Part shown: in pieces, positions 1 through 10,514 of the stretch | How the letters are laid out: every line of letters starts with the position of its first letter | Numbering within the stretch: the first letter of the stretch is position 1 | Assembly (NCBI GenBank): GCA_035538015.1 | Contig: DATLLC010000042.1 | Location: 6,450 to 70,449 of the forward strand | DNA: 64,000 nt | Reading direction: 5' to 3' | DNA from: Vicinamibacterales bacterium | Lineage (GTDB): Bacteria; Acidobacteriota; Vicinamibacteria; Vicinamibacterales; UBA2999 | Notes under the pieces: model-generated | The model's input: the letters and a program-made list of their open reading frames with translations, nothing else | Database searches by the model: none | What the model was told of the DNA's origin: nothing | Program-made: the position numbers and the translations under genes

Positions 1-261
1 CGGGTTGAGGGCGATCATGGCGTTCAGCGCCGGTCCCTGCTTGTCGTAGGCCGCCATGCGGGCGAGGTGCGCGGCGGCAATCGCCCGTGCCGTCGTACGG
101 CCCGCGGCCATGTCCTGCTGCAGGTCCTCGATCGATCGCTCGACGACCTCCAGGCTGGCGCTACCGCCGGGAGGGAGCGCGGCGGATGTTCGCGATTGCG
201 CCTCGGCGACCAGACCCACGGCCACGGCGAAACCTCCAGCCCACGCCGCGGCGGTCGACAC
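1..261 (-). CDS. Amidase-signature family protein, N-terminal part (partial, runs off the window start)
   Basis: The minus-strand reading from 261 gives V-STAAAWAGGFAVAVGLVAEA (signal-like), then SIEDLQQDMAAGRTTARAIAAAHLARMAAYDKQGPALNAMIALNP, a typical amidase N-terminus. It is absent from the ORF track because it is truncated by the window edge. The GTG start at 261 is a guess. Confidence 0.6.
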   Translation of the reverse strand, partial: MSTAAAWAGGFAVAVGLVAEAQSRTSAALPPGGSASLEVVERSIEDLQQDMAAGRTTARAIAAAHLARMAAYDKQGPALNAMIALNP

Positions 262-280
262 CCGGCCAGCCCAGCGGGGG

Positions 281-1684
<1,404 letters not shown>

Positions 1685-1713
1685 TGTTCGAGTGTACCAT
1701 CCCTGCCACAGCG

Positions 1714-2430
1714 ATGGCCCCCCGCGCTCACTGGCAATCCCTCCTGGAAGTGGTCCTCTGTTCCGGTTTCCCGACGCAGCTCGTCCTGACCGGGGTGGCC
1801 CTCATGGCGGGGCTTCGGCCGATGACTGGTGGGGGAGGATTATCCCTGCCATTCGTGGCCGCGGTCTCGGCGGCCGACACCGTCCTGCTCATTGCGCTCG
1901 TCCTCTGGTTTCTGCACATTCGAGACGAGTCACCCCAAGCGCTCTTCCTTGGTGTTCGCCCGATTCTGGCCGAGATGCGGCTCGGATTGCTCCTCGCGCC
2001 CCTCGTTGTGATCTTCATGAGCGGCGCGATCTTCTGGCTCCGCCAACTGCTGCCGAACCTGCACACGGTGCCTGAGAATCCGTTCGAGGCGCTCGCGCGC
2101 TCGCCGGCCGGCGCCTTTGCGCTGCTGCTGGTGGCCATGGTCGCCGGCGGCATCCGCGAAGAGATGCAGCGGGCCTTCCTGCTGCACCGCTTCCGCACCG
2201 ACCTCGGGGGTGCCGCCATCGGGCTGCTGCTCACGAGCGCGGCGTTCGGCATCGGCCACCTCGTGCAGGGATGGGACGCAGTCCTGGTCACCGCGGCGCT
2301 CGGTGCCTTCTGGGGTGCGCTGTTTCTCGCACGCGGCAGCATCCTCGCCGCCGTTGCCAGTCACGCGCTGGCCAACGGGACGCAGGTGCTGATCGCGTTT
2401 TTGCAGAGACCTGAGGTGTTGGGGTCTTGA
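1714..2430 (+). CDS. CPBP family intramembrane glutamic endopeptidase (CAAX protease-like)
   Basis: 238 aa polytopic membrane protein with the motifs REEMQRAFLLHRF, FGIGHL and SHALANG typical of the CPBP/Abi family. Confidence 0.85.
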   Translation: MAPRAHWQSLLEVVLCSGFPTQLVLTGVALMAGLRPMTGGGGLSLPFVAAVSAADTVLLIALVLWFLHIRDESPQALFLGVRPILAEMRLGLLLAPLVVIFMSGAIFWLRQLLPNLHTVPENPFEALARSPAGAFALLLVAMVAGGIREEMQRAFLLHRFRTDLGGAAIGLLLTSAAFGIGHLVQGWDAVLVTAALGAFWGALFLARGSILAAVASHALANGTQVLIAFLQRPEVLGS

Positions 2431-2479
2431 GGTCTTGGGGGCTTGGGTCCTGGGCTTGGGGCTTGGGTGGGGCATGGGT
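2415..2479. repeat. G-rich degenerate heptamer array (unit GGKCTTG, about 9 units) spanning the CPBP stop codon to the next gene's stop
   Basis: Read directly: ggtgttg gggtcttg aggtcttg ggggcttg ggtcctg ggcttg gggcttg ggtgg ggcatg ggtca. There are eight runs of 3 or more G within 58 nt. Confidence 0.75.
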
Positions 2480-2952
2480 CACGGATCGAAGATGGTGATC
2501 TGAGCGCGGCGACGCAGATCGCTCACCCAGTCCGCGATCTGATCTGGCCGGCGATCGTCGGCGGGGAAGCGCTGCTGCACGTAGGCCGCCACGCGAAGGT
2601 CGTCTCTGACCCAGCTGCGCAGACGCTCCGGCGTGAACCCGCCTGCCGCCAGCACCCCAGCCAGCGCCGAATCTCCACCAGCCCGATGCGTGGCCGCCGC
2701 GATCGCGGCCACGACTTGTGCCTCGGACGGCTCCGGTGGTTGATACCGTTCGGCCTCGCGGATCATCAACTCCCGATCCACGAGCCCCTGTACCATCGGA
2801 CGGTCGACGGAGGTCCCCTCCACCAACCCCAGTGCCAGCGCCGTGCGGGCGTCGGAGAGCGTCACGGTACGGCCGGACACGATGGCGAGCGTGCGATCGA
2901 TGATCTCGGCGGGTTGCGCCGCGAGCAGGAAGGCGAGGAGGAATCCGATCAC
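2479..2952 (-). CDS. Small periplasmic protein, SurA N-terminal-domain-like (putative chaperone)
   Basis: 157 aa with an N-terminal hydrophobic signal/anchor. It starts 2 nt after the bamA stop, the position usually held by skp. The similarity to the SurA N-domain is recalled, not tested. Confidence 0.55.
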   Translation of the reverse strand: MIGFLLAFLLAAQPAEIIDRTLAIVSGRTVTLSDARTALALGLVEGTSVDRPMVQGLVDRELMIREAERYQPPEPSEAQVVAAIAAATHRAGGDSALAGVLAAGGFTPERLRSWVRDDLRVAAYVQQRFPADDRRPDQIADWVSDLRRRAQITIFDP

Positions 2953-2954
2953 GA

Positions 2955-5891
2955 TCAGAACGCCTGGCCCAGCGAGATGTGCACGACCGACGCGCGCTCG
3001 CGGCTGCCGCTGGGCAGCACGCGCGGGTTCACCTTGAAGCCGAGGTCGACGCGGAGCGGGCCGATCGGCGAGCGATACCGCACGCCGAAGCCGGTGGCCA
3101 CCCGCAGTTCGCCGACCTCGATATTGCTGGCACGGCGGAAGACGTTGCCGGCGTCAACGAAGCCGACCAGACCGAGCCCCTTCCAGTAGGGCGCGCGGAG
3201 CTCGCCGTTGAGCACCATGACCCCATTACCGCCCTGCGGGAACCCCTGCGGATCCAGGGTCGCGATGGTGCCGAGCCGATCAAGCGCGAACCCGCGGACC
3301 GTCGTATCGCCGCCGGAGAAGAACCGCTCGGAGGCGGGCAGGTCCTCGACCACGTCCACCAACCGTTCGCCGTCGGCGCCCAGGACCGGATTGCCGTCCT
3401 CGTCCACCCGCGGCAACTCGTAGGCGAAGCCGTGGGCGAGGCCCACACGGGCGCCGCCCGCGACCACGAACCGGCGGCCGGGCAGCCGTCGATAGACGAA
3501 CCCTTGCAGGAACGTCTTGACGAAGCCGACCTCGGAGCCATACGCCCGGGCTGCCACCGAGGCATCCACGCCGAGCACCGTGCCGCGCGTCGGCTCGAGC
3601 ACGTCGTCGCGGGAGTCGCGGAGCACGCCGCCGAAGAACGTCGACAGTCGTACCTGTGGGAAGAGCCGGTCGATCAGCAGTCGATCCTCCGGCGCAATCT
3701 GCTCGTCGAAGATATCGGTGTTCTCGAGCGTGTAGCGTACGGTGGCCGTGAGTCCGACGCCGAATCGCCGGGCGTAGTCGCCGCGGACGCCGACGCGGTC
3801 GAAGGTGAAGCTGGCGCGAATGCCGCGCTCGAGGAAGGCGAGCGCCTGGGCGTCGCCTGGCCGGCCGAACGCGCGCGGCTCGCGGAAGGTGGCGGTCACG
3901 CGATAGTCGTTGAGCCCGTAGCCGCCGGTGTCGGTCGGGTCGGTGCTGTCCACCGCGGGATCGCGCGGTCGTAATGAGGCCCGCGCGAAGAAGCTCAGCG
4001 TGCGGTTCTTGCCCCACAGGTTGCGGCGGCTCACCTCGACGAAGCCGCGGGGCGCCACCTCGATGCGCTCGGTGGCGGGCCCTTCGTCAGCCTGGCGGAG
4101 CCGCCGCCCCACCTCCAGGCCGCCACCGTAGGTGATGGCGGTGGCGGGCGATTCCTCGACCGTCACGAGGAGGTCGCGCAGCGGCGACCCCGACCGTGGC
4201 AGATCGACGATGCGGACGCGGCGAAACAGGCCGAGCTGGCTGACCCGGCGCTGGCTCTCGGCAATCGCCTCGACGCTGAGTGGATCGCCCTGCTGAAGGC
4301 GCAGCTCGCGACGGATGACAGCGGCGTTGGTGCGCTCGTTGCCCGTGATCAGCACGTGATCCACGCGCGACTGCTCGCCCTCGCGCACCAGCCAGACGAC
4401 CGTGGCTCGGCCATCGTCGTCGATCGTCACGGACGGGGCGACGGTGGCCGCAAGGTAGCCCTGGTTCCGCAGGACCCGCTCGAGCGCGTCGCGATCGGCA
4501 TTGACCATCGGCCCATAAAAGGGCCGGCCCGCCGTCAGGCTCAACGCCTCACGAAGCATCGACTCGGGCACCTGGCGGGCGCCCTCGAGGGAGACGAGCG
4601 CCACCGTAGTCTGCCGTCCTTCGTCGATCGTGAACCGGACGTCCACCGGTCGGAAGCGGACCCCGCCATCCGCTTCCTCGGGCAGGACCTCGACCGAGGG
4701 TTTGACGCCGACGCCCTGGTATCCGCGCACGCGATACAGCTCCTCGATCGCAACCGCGATGGCGGCCACGCGGGCGTCCACGAACGCGTCGCCGCGCGTG
4801 AGTTTTACCAGCGGCTCCAGCTCCGCGGGCGGGAGCGTCGCATTGCCGACGACCGAGACGGCGTTCACGCGATGAAGCGGGCCCCGGGTCACCGTGAAGG
4901 TGAGCAGCAACTCGCCGCCGCGCATCTGGCGATCGTAGGGCGCCGTCGCCGTGCGATAGCCGCGCTCGCGCAAGTAGGCCTCGATGTTGCGGCTGCCGTC
5001 CTCGAGTAGATCCTCGTCGGCCGATCGCTCGCGGCGGACCGGGACCAGCGTGTCGCGCGCGTCGTCTGGCACGGAATCGCCCGCGTAGACCACACGCACC
5101 ATCGGTCCGATGTCCACGCGCACCTCGACACTGGCAGTGTGGTCTTCTTCCGAAAACGTGGTCGTCTCGCCAACGGACGCCTGGAAGCGTCCCTGGCCGC
5201 GCAGGTCGGTCTCGTACTCCAGCAACCGCTCCTGCAGCTGGACGCCATCGTACGGACGGCCCGGCTCCAGGCCGAGACGCGACAGGATCCGCGCCTCCGG
5301 TTCGAGCGGCGATCCGACGACGGCCGCGGAGCGGAGGGTGGTGCGCGTGCCGGCCTCGATGCGCAGCGTGAGCGTCACGGCGCCTTCCTCGGACGTCGGC
5401 GTCAGCTCCGGAGACACCACCGCCGCGCGATACCCGTGATCGCGGTAGTACGCCGTCACGGCCGACGCAAACTGCGGCGCCCGTGCGACCGTCGGCTCGC
5501 CGGTGAGGCCCGACTCGATGGCCGCGCGCAGGGCGCGCGACGCCAGATCGCCGCCGCCGGTGGTGGTCGTCCGGACGATCCGCTGAATCGGCCGCAAGAC
5601 CCAGGTCAGGACGACACCGTCGCCATCCGGCGCGGCCGCCGCGCGCAGCCGCACGTCGTCGTAGCGGCCGAGGCCGATCAGGTGATCGATGGTGTCACGG
5701 ACCGGCGCCATCGCCAGAGGCTGGCCGAGGCGCGTCTCGACCAGTTCCAGCACGCCGTCTTCCACGCCGGTGCCCTCGACCGTGCGGACACGCACGTCGA
5801 CGATCGTCTTGCCCAGCCACTGCTCGATGGCCGCCTCGGCTCGGCCGGCAAGCGCCAACAGGCCGGCCAGCAGCAGTGCCCGCCCCCGCAT
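2955..5891 (-). CDS. bamA: Outer membrane protein assembly factor BamA/Omp85 family (POTRA repeats + beta-barrel)
   Basis: The true start is MRGRALLLAGLLALAGRAEA (signal peptide) at 5891, inside the artefactual 1854-aa ORF 2955..8519. The protein has repeated POTRA-like segments and an Omp85 barrel ending ...ISLGQAF. Its ATG overlaps the tamB TGA (ATGA). 978 aa. Confidence 0.9.
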   Translation of the reverse strand: MRGRALLLAGLLALAGRAEAAIEQWLGKTIVDVRVRTVEGTGVEDGVLELVETRLGQPLAMAPVRDTIDHLIGLGRYDDVRLRAAAAPDGDGVVLTWVLRPIQRIVRTTTTGGGDLASRALRAAIESGLTGEPTVARAPQFASAVTAYYRDHGYRAAVVSPELTPTSEEGAVTLTLRIEAGTRTTLRSAAVVGSPLEPEARILSRLGLEPGRPYDGVQLQERLLEYETDLRGQGRFQASVGETTTFSEEDHTASVEVRVDIGPMVRVVYAGDSVPDDARDTLVPVRRERSADEDLLEDGSRNIEAYLRERGYRTATAPYDRQMRGGELLLTFTVTRGPLHRVNAVSVVGNATLPPAELEPLVKLTRGDAFVDARVAAIAVAIEELYRVRGYQGVGVKPSVEVLPEEADGGVRFRPVDVRFTIDEGRQTTVALVSLEGARQVPESMLREALSLTAGRPFYGPMVNADRDALERVLRNQGYLAATVAPSVTIDDDGRATVVWLVREGEQSRVDHVLITGNERTNAAVIRRELRLQQGDPLSVEAIAESQRRVSQLGLFRRVRIVDLPRSGSPLRDLLVTVEESPATAITYGGGLEVGRRLRQADEGPATERIEVAPRGFVEVSRRNLWGKNRTLSFFARASLRPRDPAVDSTDPTDTGGYGLNDYRVTATFREPRAFGRPGDAQALAFLERGIRASFTFDRVGVRGDYARRFGVGLTATVRYTLENTDIFDEQIAPEDRLLIDRLFPQVRLSTFFGGVLRDSRDDVLEPTRGTVLGVDASVAARAYGSEVGFVKTFLQGFVYRRLPGRRFVVAGGARVGLAHGFAYELPRVDEDGNPVLGADGERLVDVVEDLPASERFFSGGDTTVRGFALDRLGTIATLDPQGFPQGGNGVMVLNGELRAPYWKGLGLVGFVDAGNVFRRASNIEVGELRVATGFGVRYRSPIGPLRVDLGFKVNPRVLPSGSRERASVVHISLGQAF

Positions 5892-8800
5892 CAGAACGCG
5901 TGCCTCTTGCGTACTTCGAGCGCGTAGGTGCGGTCCTCGTTCTGCGACAGCACCCACGCCAGCGTCTCGCTCTGGTCGAACTCCAGAAGGATGATCTCGT
6001 CCCGGGTCGAGGACGAGAGACTCCGCGCATAAGTCAGATAGATGCGGTCCGAGATGCGCTTGCCGATCGTGACACGCGCCGAGGGGTTCACATTCAGGCG
6101 GGCCGACTGCTGATAGGGGTCGACCAGCAGCGGCGTGATCTGGAACGAGTCGACGCCGAACGTCTCCTGGACCACACGGCCCACTTCGGCCGACAGCGTG
6201 CCGGTGAGGGCCCGGGTGGCCCGGGCCTCGAGCAGGCGTTGCTGCCTCTCGTTGGGCCGCTGCTGGGCCGCGAGCTCCACGTCGCCGCTCGGCGTGGAAT
6301 CGCTGAACAGCATCGTCAGGATCTCGAGCGGCGGCAACGGCGGATCGGAGGTGAACTCCGGTTGAAGCCGCTCGGTCGTCCCGGCCATCCTCAGCGTCAC
6401 GCGGTAGGTCTGGCCCGGGACACGCACGCGCGTCTCGGCTTCGACATCGAAGAAGGGCTGAAGCCGGTCGGGGTTGGTGAAGTCGAGGCTGCCGCGCGTG
6501 ACGAGGTAACGGCGGCCCTCGAAGCGCACCTCGCCTTGCTCGATATCCACGCTGCCCAGCACCACCGGGCGATCGGAGGTGCCCCGCAAATTCAGATCGG
6601 CGCTGGCCACGATCCGCGCCTGATCGTTGTCGATGTGCAGCGTCGACGGCGCGACCAGGTGTAAGTCGAAGCTGATGGTCCCGGCCACGCGATCGGCCAA
6701 AGCTCCCTCGACGGCGGGGACGACCGCGCTGCTCCCCGCGAAGTCGAACAGCCCGCCGGTCGTATCGAACGGCTGCGACCAGAGCGCATTCTTCACCTGC
6801 ACCAGCCCGCTCAGGACCGGAGCCTGGCTGGGGCCTCGTAGCGCCAGGTCGGCGTCGACCAGCGAGCGCATCCCTTCGGGAAATCGCGGCCGCATGTCTG
6901 TGCCCACCGCCGTGACGTCGAACTCGCTCAACGCATAACCTGAGAGCCCGATGCGGCCGCCGAACGCCACGGCCCCGCCCGCGACGCGCCCCCGCAGTCC
7001 ATCCAGGCGCACACCACTGGCGTTGAAGGTGACGATGCCGTTGAGGGCCTCGAGCGCATGAGGGATGCCGAAGTGGCGCAGCCGCCCGTCGGAGATGAGG
7101 GCCGTACCGGACACGACCGGCGCTTCGGTCGTCCCAGTGATCCGCGCGGCGACTTCCGCGCGCCCCGAGGTCCGCACGTCCGGCAGGAACCCCTGCAGCA
7201 CCGCCAGGTTCGCCGCACCATTGGCCGAGAGCGCCAGCTCCTGTTTCCTCAAGTCCACCGAGCCCGCCAGATCGAGCTCGGTGTCCTCGCCCACGAGACG
7301 CAGCGCTTCGACCTCCAACACCTGCCGGTTCACGCTCAGCGTGATGTTGCCGGCGTTCTTCAGGCTGTAGTCGAAGAACCGGAGCTGCACATCGTCGACC
7401 TGGACGTCGACGCGCAGGGCGTCGGGGTTGTACAGCTCGCCGACGACGCGGACCGCCCCGCTGGCAATGGCCGACGTGAAGGGCGACAACTGCGGCTGGA
7501 ACGCGCGGAGGTACGGGTCGAGCGACGTGTCGGTGATGCGGAAGGACAACTCGGCATCCATTTGATCGGTGAGCGCAATGCGGCCGGTGCCCGACGCGGC
7601 CAGGCGCGTCGACGCCGCCTCGAGCTCGTAGACGAGCACGGTGTCGCGAACCGAGAGCCGCCCCGAGACCTCGCCTACGCCTTCGTCCCCGTAGAAGAGG
7701 TCGCGCACGCCGAACTTCACGTCGTAGCGCGGCAGGTCGAAGGTGCCGCTGCCGGTAGCGGCAAAGTCGACCAGTCCGGTGAACCCAGGCCCGCTCTCCA
7801 TCGCCGCCAGCGCCAGCGTCTCGACGGCCATGCCCCGCGCATCCGCGTTGAAGGAGTAGGCGCCGTTCCAGCCGACGTACGCCGCGCCGGTGACGGTGGT
7901 CCCGCCCTTGAGGACGGTCAGCCCGTCGAGCCTTACCCCGGCGCCTTCGAAGCGCAACGCGGCCTCGCCCTCGGCGAACGGCTCGCCGTAAGCCGTGCCC
8001 TGGGTGATGGCGAGCCGTCCGAAGCCGTACGGCTGCGTGTATTGGCCGTAAAGATGAAAGTCGCCCGAGACCAGGCCATCGAGGTCGTAGTCCTCGAGAT
8101 TGAAGGCTTCGAGAAAATCCTTTACGGTGCGCGATGTCACGCGAACCCGGGCATCGATTTCCTCGCCGCCATCGCGACGCGGATAGCCGAGGGAGAACTG
8201 GCCGCTCACGTCCATGCGCGACGGGCCGGCGCGGATCACCGCGCGGCTGACGTGGGCATAGTTGTTCTCGACGACGAAGTCGCCGTCCACTTCGCCCCAG
8301 GTGACGCCCCACGCACGAATTTCGCCGCCGACGAACCGGCCTTCGATGCGCGGACGCCTGAAGGTCCCCAGCATCACACCGTCGAACCGGCCCACCCCGT
8401 CGATGGGAATCGCCATGGTGCTGGCGCCGAACACCGTCATCAGCCCGGCCAACAGGCGGTCGCTCTCCTGCCAGTTCGTGCTCGTGACGCGGAACGGCAG
8501 CTTGGAGCGCTCGCCCCACGCCGTAGCCCCTTCGAACGTCACATAGGTGTCGGCGGTCGCGAGCTCGCTCGGTTCGAGGCGAATGGCGTCGCCGTCGAAC
8601 CGATAGACGAGCCGACCGCCGATCCCCACCGGGCCGAGCGGCGTGTGGTTGCTGAACGGGCCCACTTCCAACGCCCGACTCTCAGCGGCCTCGGTCGCGC
8701 CGGCCGGCAATCGAGGGCCGAGGACATCGACGCCCGGAGGCGGCGTCACGGCCACCTCGCCGTCCCCCTCGCGCGTTGCGAACTGGCCGGTCGGGAACTC

Positions 8801-9970
8801 CAGGCGATTGTGGCCCGTCGCGCGGCCGCTCACCCGCAGCCCGCGCGTTTCGAGGAGAGTGGTCAGGGCCAGCAGATCGACGTCCCGGTAGTCGACTACG
8901 AAGCGCGAGCGGGAACGCTGCCCCCGCACGTTCAATGGCGACATCAGGTAGGTGAAGTTCATGTGCCCGCCGTAGAAACGCGACGAGGCCCGGGTCACCT
9001 CGAATCGGTCGGGCAGCCAGACGAGCGAGCCCTCGAGGTCCGGGAAGCGGTAGAAATTCAGACCTGCCTCGCGGCTGTAGAAGTTGCCCTTCAGCTCGCG
9101 GCCACCCTTGAATAGATGGAAAGTGCCCTCGAACTGCCCTTCGCCGTGCAGATCGAACGTGTTGGTCGCGAAGAAGATCTCGCGCATCCGCGGGAACTGG
9201 ATCCGCGACCGGACGTGGTACAGCTGCTCGGGCCACTTGCCGAGATCGACAATCCCGGTCACATCGCTCACCGCGCCGTCGGTGACGAGCTCCATACGGT
9301 CGAACACCACTTGCGAGCCCTGGAGCTTGAAGGTGCCGACCGCCCGTGCGGTCATCGGTACGTAGTTCTGGATGGCGATGGTGCTGTCGGCGAACCGCAA
9401 GATGCCGCGATAGTCGGTCGCCTTGGTCAGGGTGACGTCGACGTTGCGCGTGATCGCACCCCAGTTGGAGCCGAAGTCGCGGTAGACGAACTCCCCCCGA
9501 TAGACGCGGAGGTACTTCAGCGTGGTCACGACCGGGTTGGGCCCGGTCCGCGGGGGCCGCGGCGGGCCGGTGACCCGGGGGAACGTCTGGCGGCCATCCG
9601 GGAACGACTCGACCACCATGCGCCAGTCGCGCATCTCGATGGTGTCGAGGAGGACTTCGCGATGGAACAGGGCACCCCAGGTGAGGGACACCTCGACGTG
9701 CTTGGCGACGAGCCAGGGATCCTCGCCCGGCCGCATGCCGTCGATGACCAGGTCCTCGAGGACGAACCGACCTCGCCCGAGCTGGACGCCGAGACGCCCG
9801 ATGCGCATCTCGCGCTCGAGCCAGTTGCCCCCGGCTCGCTCGGCGCGGGCCTTCAGCGCCGGACCGAGGTCGATGCTGACGACGCTCACCAGCACGACGG
9901 CGAGGGCGACCGCGAGCACCATCACGATCGCGCGCGCGGAGCGATAGATCGCGGCGATCAGCCTCTTCAC
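5891..9970 (-). CDS. tamB: Translocation and assembly module protein TamB (AsmA-like, DUF490 C-terminus)
   Basis: About 1359 aa with an N-terminal anchor (KRLIAAIYRSARAIVMVLAVALAVVLVSVV), a long beta-rich body, and a C-terminal DUF490-like region. I prefer the GTG at 9970 (GGAG 7 nt upstream, 4 nt after the BCCP stop) to the ORF-track start at 10000. Confidence 0.85.
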   Translation of the reverse strand: MKRLIAAIYRSARAIVMVLAVALAVVLVSVVSIDLGPALKARAERAGGNWLEREMRIGRLGVQLGRGRFVLEDLVIDGMRPGEDPWLVAKHVEVSLTWGALFHREVLLDTIEMRDWRMVVESFPDGRQTFPRVTGPPRPPRTGPNPVVTTLKYLRVYRGEFVYRDFGSNWGAITRNVDVTLTKATDYRGILRFADSTIAIQNYVPMTARAVGTFKLQGSQVVFDRMELVTDGAVSDVTGIVDLGKWPEQLYHVRSRIQFPRMREIFFATNTFDLHGEGQFEGTFHLFKGGRELKGNFYSREAGLNFYRFPDLEGSLVWLPDRFEVTRASSRFYGGHMNFTYLMSPLNVRGQRSRSRFVVDYRDVDLLALTTLLETRGLRVSGRATGHNRLEFPTGQFATREGDGEVAVTPPPGVDVLGPRLPAGATEAAESRALEVGPFSNHTPLGPVGIGGRLVYRFDGDAIRLEPSELATADTYVTFEGATAWGERSKLPFRVTSTNWQESDRLLAGLMTVFGASTMAIPIDGVGRFDGVMLGTFRRPRIEGRFVGGEIRAWGVTWGEVDGDFVVENNYAHVSRAVIRAGPSRMDVSGQFSLGYPRRDGGEEIDARVRVTSRTVKDFLEAFNLEDYDLDGLVSGDFHLYGQYTQPYGFGRLAITQGTAYGEPFAEGEAALRFEGAGVRLDGLTVLKGGTTVTGAAYVGWNGAYSFNADARGMAVETLALAAMESGPGFTGLVDFAATGSGTFDLPRYDVKFGVRDLFYGDEGVGEVSGRLSVRDTVLVYELEAASTRLAASGTGRIALTDQMDAELSFRITDTSLDPYLRAFQPQLSPFTSAIASGAVRVVGELYNPDALRVDVQVDDVQLRFFDYSLKNAGNITLSVNRQVLEVEALRLVGEDTELDLAGSVDLRKQELALSANGAANLAVLQGFLPDVRTSGRAEVAARITGTTEAPVVSGTALISDGRLRHFGIPHALEALNGIVTFNASGVRLDGLRGRVAGGAVAFGGRIGLSGYALSEFDVTAVGTDMRPRFPEGMRSLVDADLALRGPSQAPVLSGLVQVKNALWSQPFDTTGGLFDFAGSSAVVPAVEGALADRVAGTISFDLHLVAPSTLHIDNDQARIVASADLNLRGTSDRPVVLGSVDIEQGEVRFEGRRYLVTRGSLDFTNPDRLQPFFDVEAETRVRVPGQTYRVTLRMAGTTERLQPEFTSDPPLPPLEILTMLFSDSTPSGDVELAAQQRPNERQQRLLEARATRALTGTLSAEVGRVVQETFGVDSFQITPLLVDPYQQSARLNVNPSARVTIGKRISDRIYLTYARSLSSSTRDEIILLEFDQSETLAWVLSQNEDRTYALEVRKRHAF

Positions 9971-9974
9971 GGTT

Positions 9975-10487
9975 CTACTCCACAAGCACCAGCGGGGCAC
10001 CCGCCTCGACCGACTGACCCTCGACGACGCGCACCGCCTTCACCCGTCCCGCGCGCCCAGCGCGCAGCTCGTTCTCCATCTTCATCGCCTCGATGACCAC
10101 GAGACCCTGTCGCGGCTCGACGGCGTCACCCGGTACGACGAGCACCCGGACCACCTTGCCCGGCATCGGCGCGGTCACCTGCTGCGGGCCGGCGCCGGCA
10201 GCGGCCTCCCCGGCTCGCCCCCCGAAGCGAGAGACCAGGGTGCCCACCAACGCGTGGCCGTCGATGCTCACCTCGAAGGCGGCGCTCCCCGGACGCGACG
10301 TGACCGTCGCCTCCACGCTCTTCACGGGGCCGTCGCCTTCCTGGACCAGCAGCGACAACGTCTCCCGACCCACGGCGCGGGGATCGACGTCGAAGCTCCG
10401 ATCGTCAACGGCCACGTGATACCGACCGTCACGTCGATCGACATGAAGCCGCCTGACGCGCCCGCCAATCTCGAGATCGAACTCCAC
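9975..10487 (-). CDS. Biotin carboxyl carrier protein (biotinyl/lipoyl domain) of an acyl-CoA carboxylase
   Basis: 170 aa. The C-terminal biotinyl domain carries the EAMKMENEL attachment motif. It lies directly downstream of the biotin carboxylase. Confidence 0.85.
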   Translation of the reverse strand: MEFDLEIGGRVRRLHVDRRDGRYHVAVDDRSFDVDPRAVGRETLSLLVQEGDGPVKSVEATVTSRPGSAAFEVSIDGHALVGTLVSRFGGRAGEAAAGAGPQQVTAPMPGKVVRVLVVPGDAVEPRQGLVVIEAMKMENELRAGRAGRVKAVRVVEGQSVEAGAPLVLVE

Positions 10488-10514
10488 GCGTGAATCCCCT
10501 GCGGCGACTGCGCG

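Noticed and set aside
2955-8519. 1854-aa ORF in the track
   Set aside because: Only the last 978 codons (from the MRGRALLLAG signal peptide at 5891) look like a protein (BamA). The upstream 876 codons are Arg/Gly/Pro-rich nonsense that overlaps tamB out of frame, a typical high-GC open-frame artefact.
7058-9115. 685-aa plus-strand ORF
   Set aside because: It is antisense to tamB, with low-complexity R/G/A/E composition and no domain. This is a high-GC antisense artefact. The same reasoning applies to 10638..12068 (antisense accC), 25100..26644 (antisense ABC-F), 27049..28281 (antisense kinase), 33703..34806 (antisense topA), 51608..52993 (antisense GH63), 56054..57520 (antisense CoA ligase/FG-GAP) and 61473..63041 (antisense CBM9).
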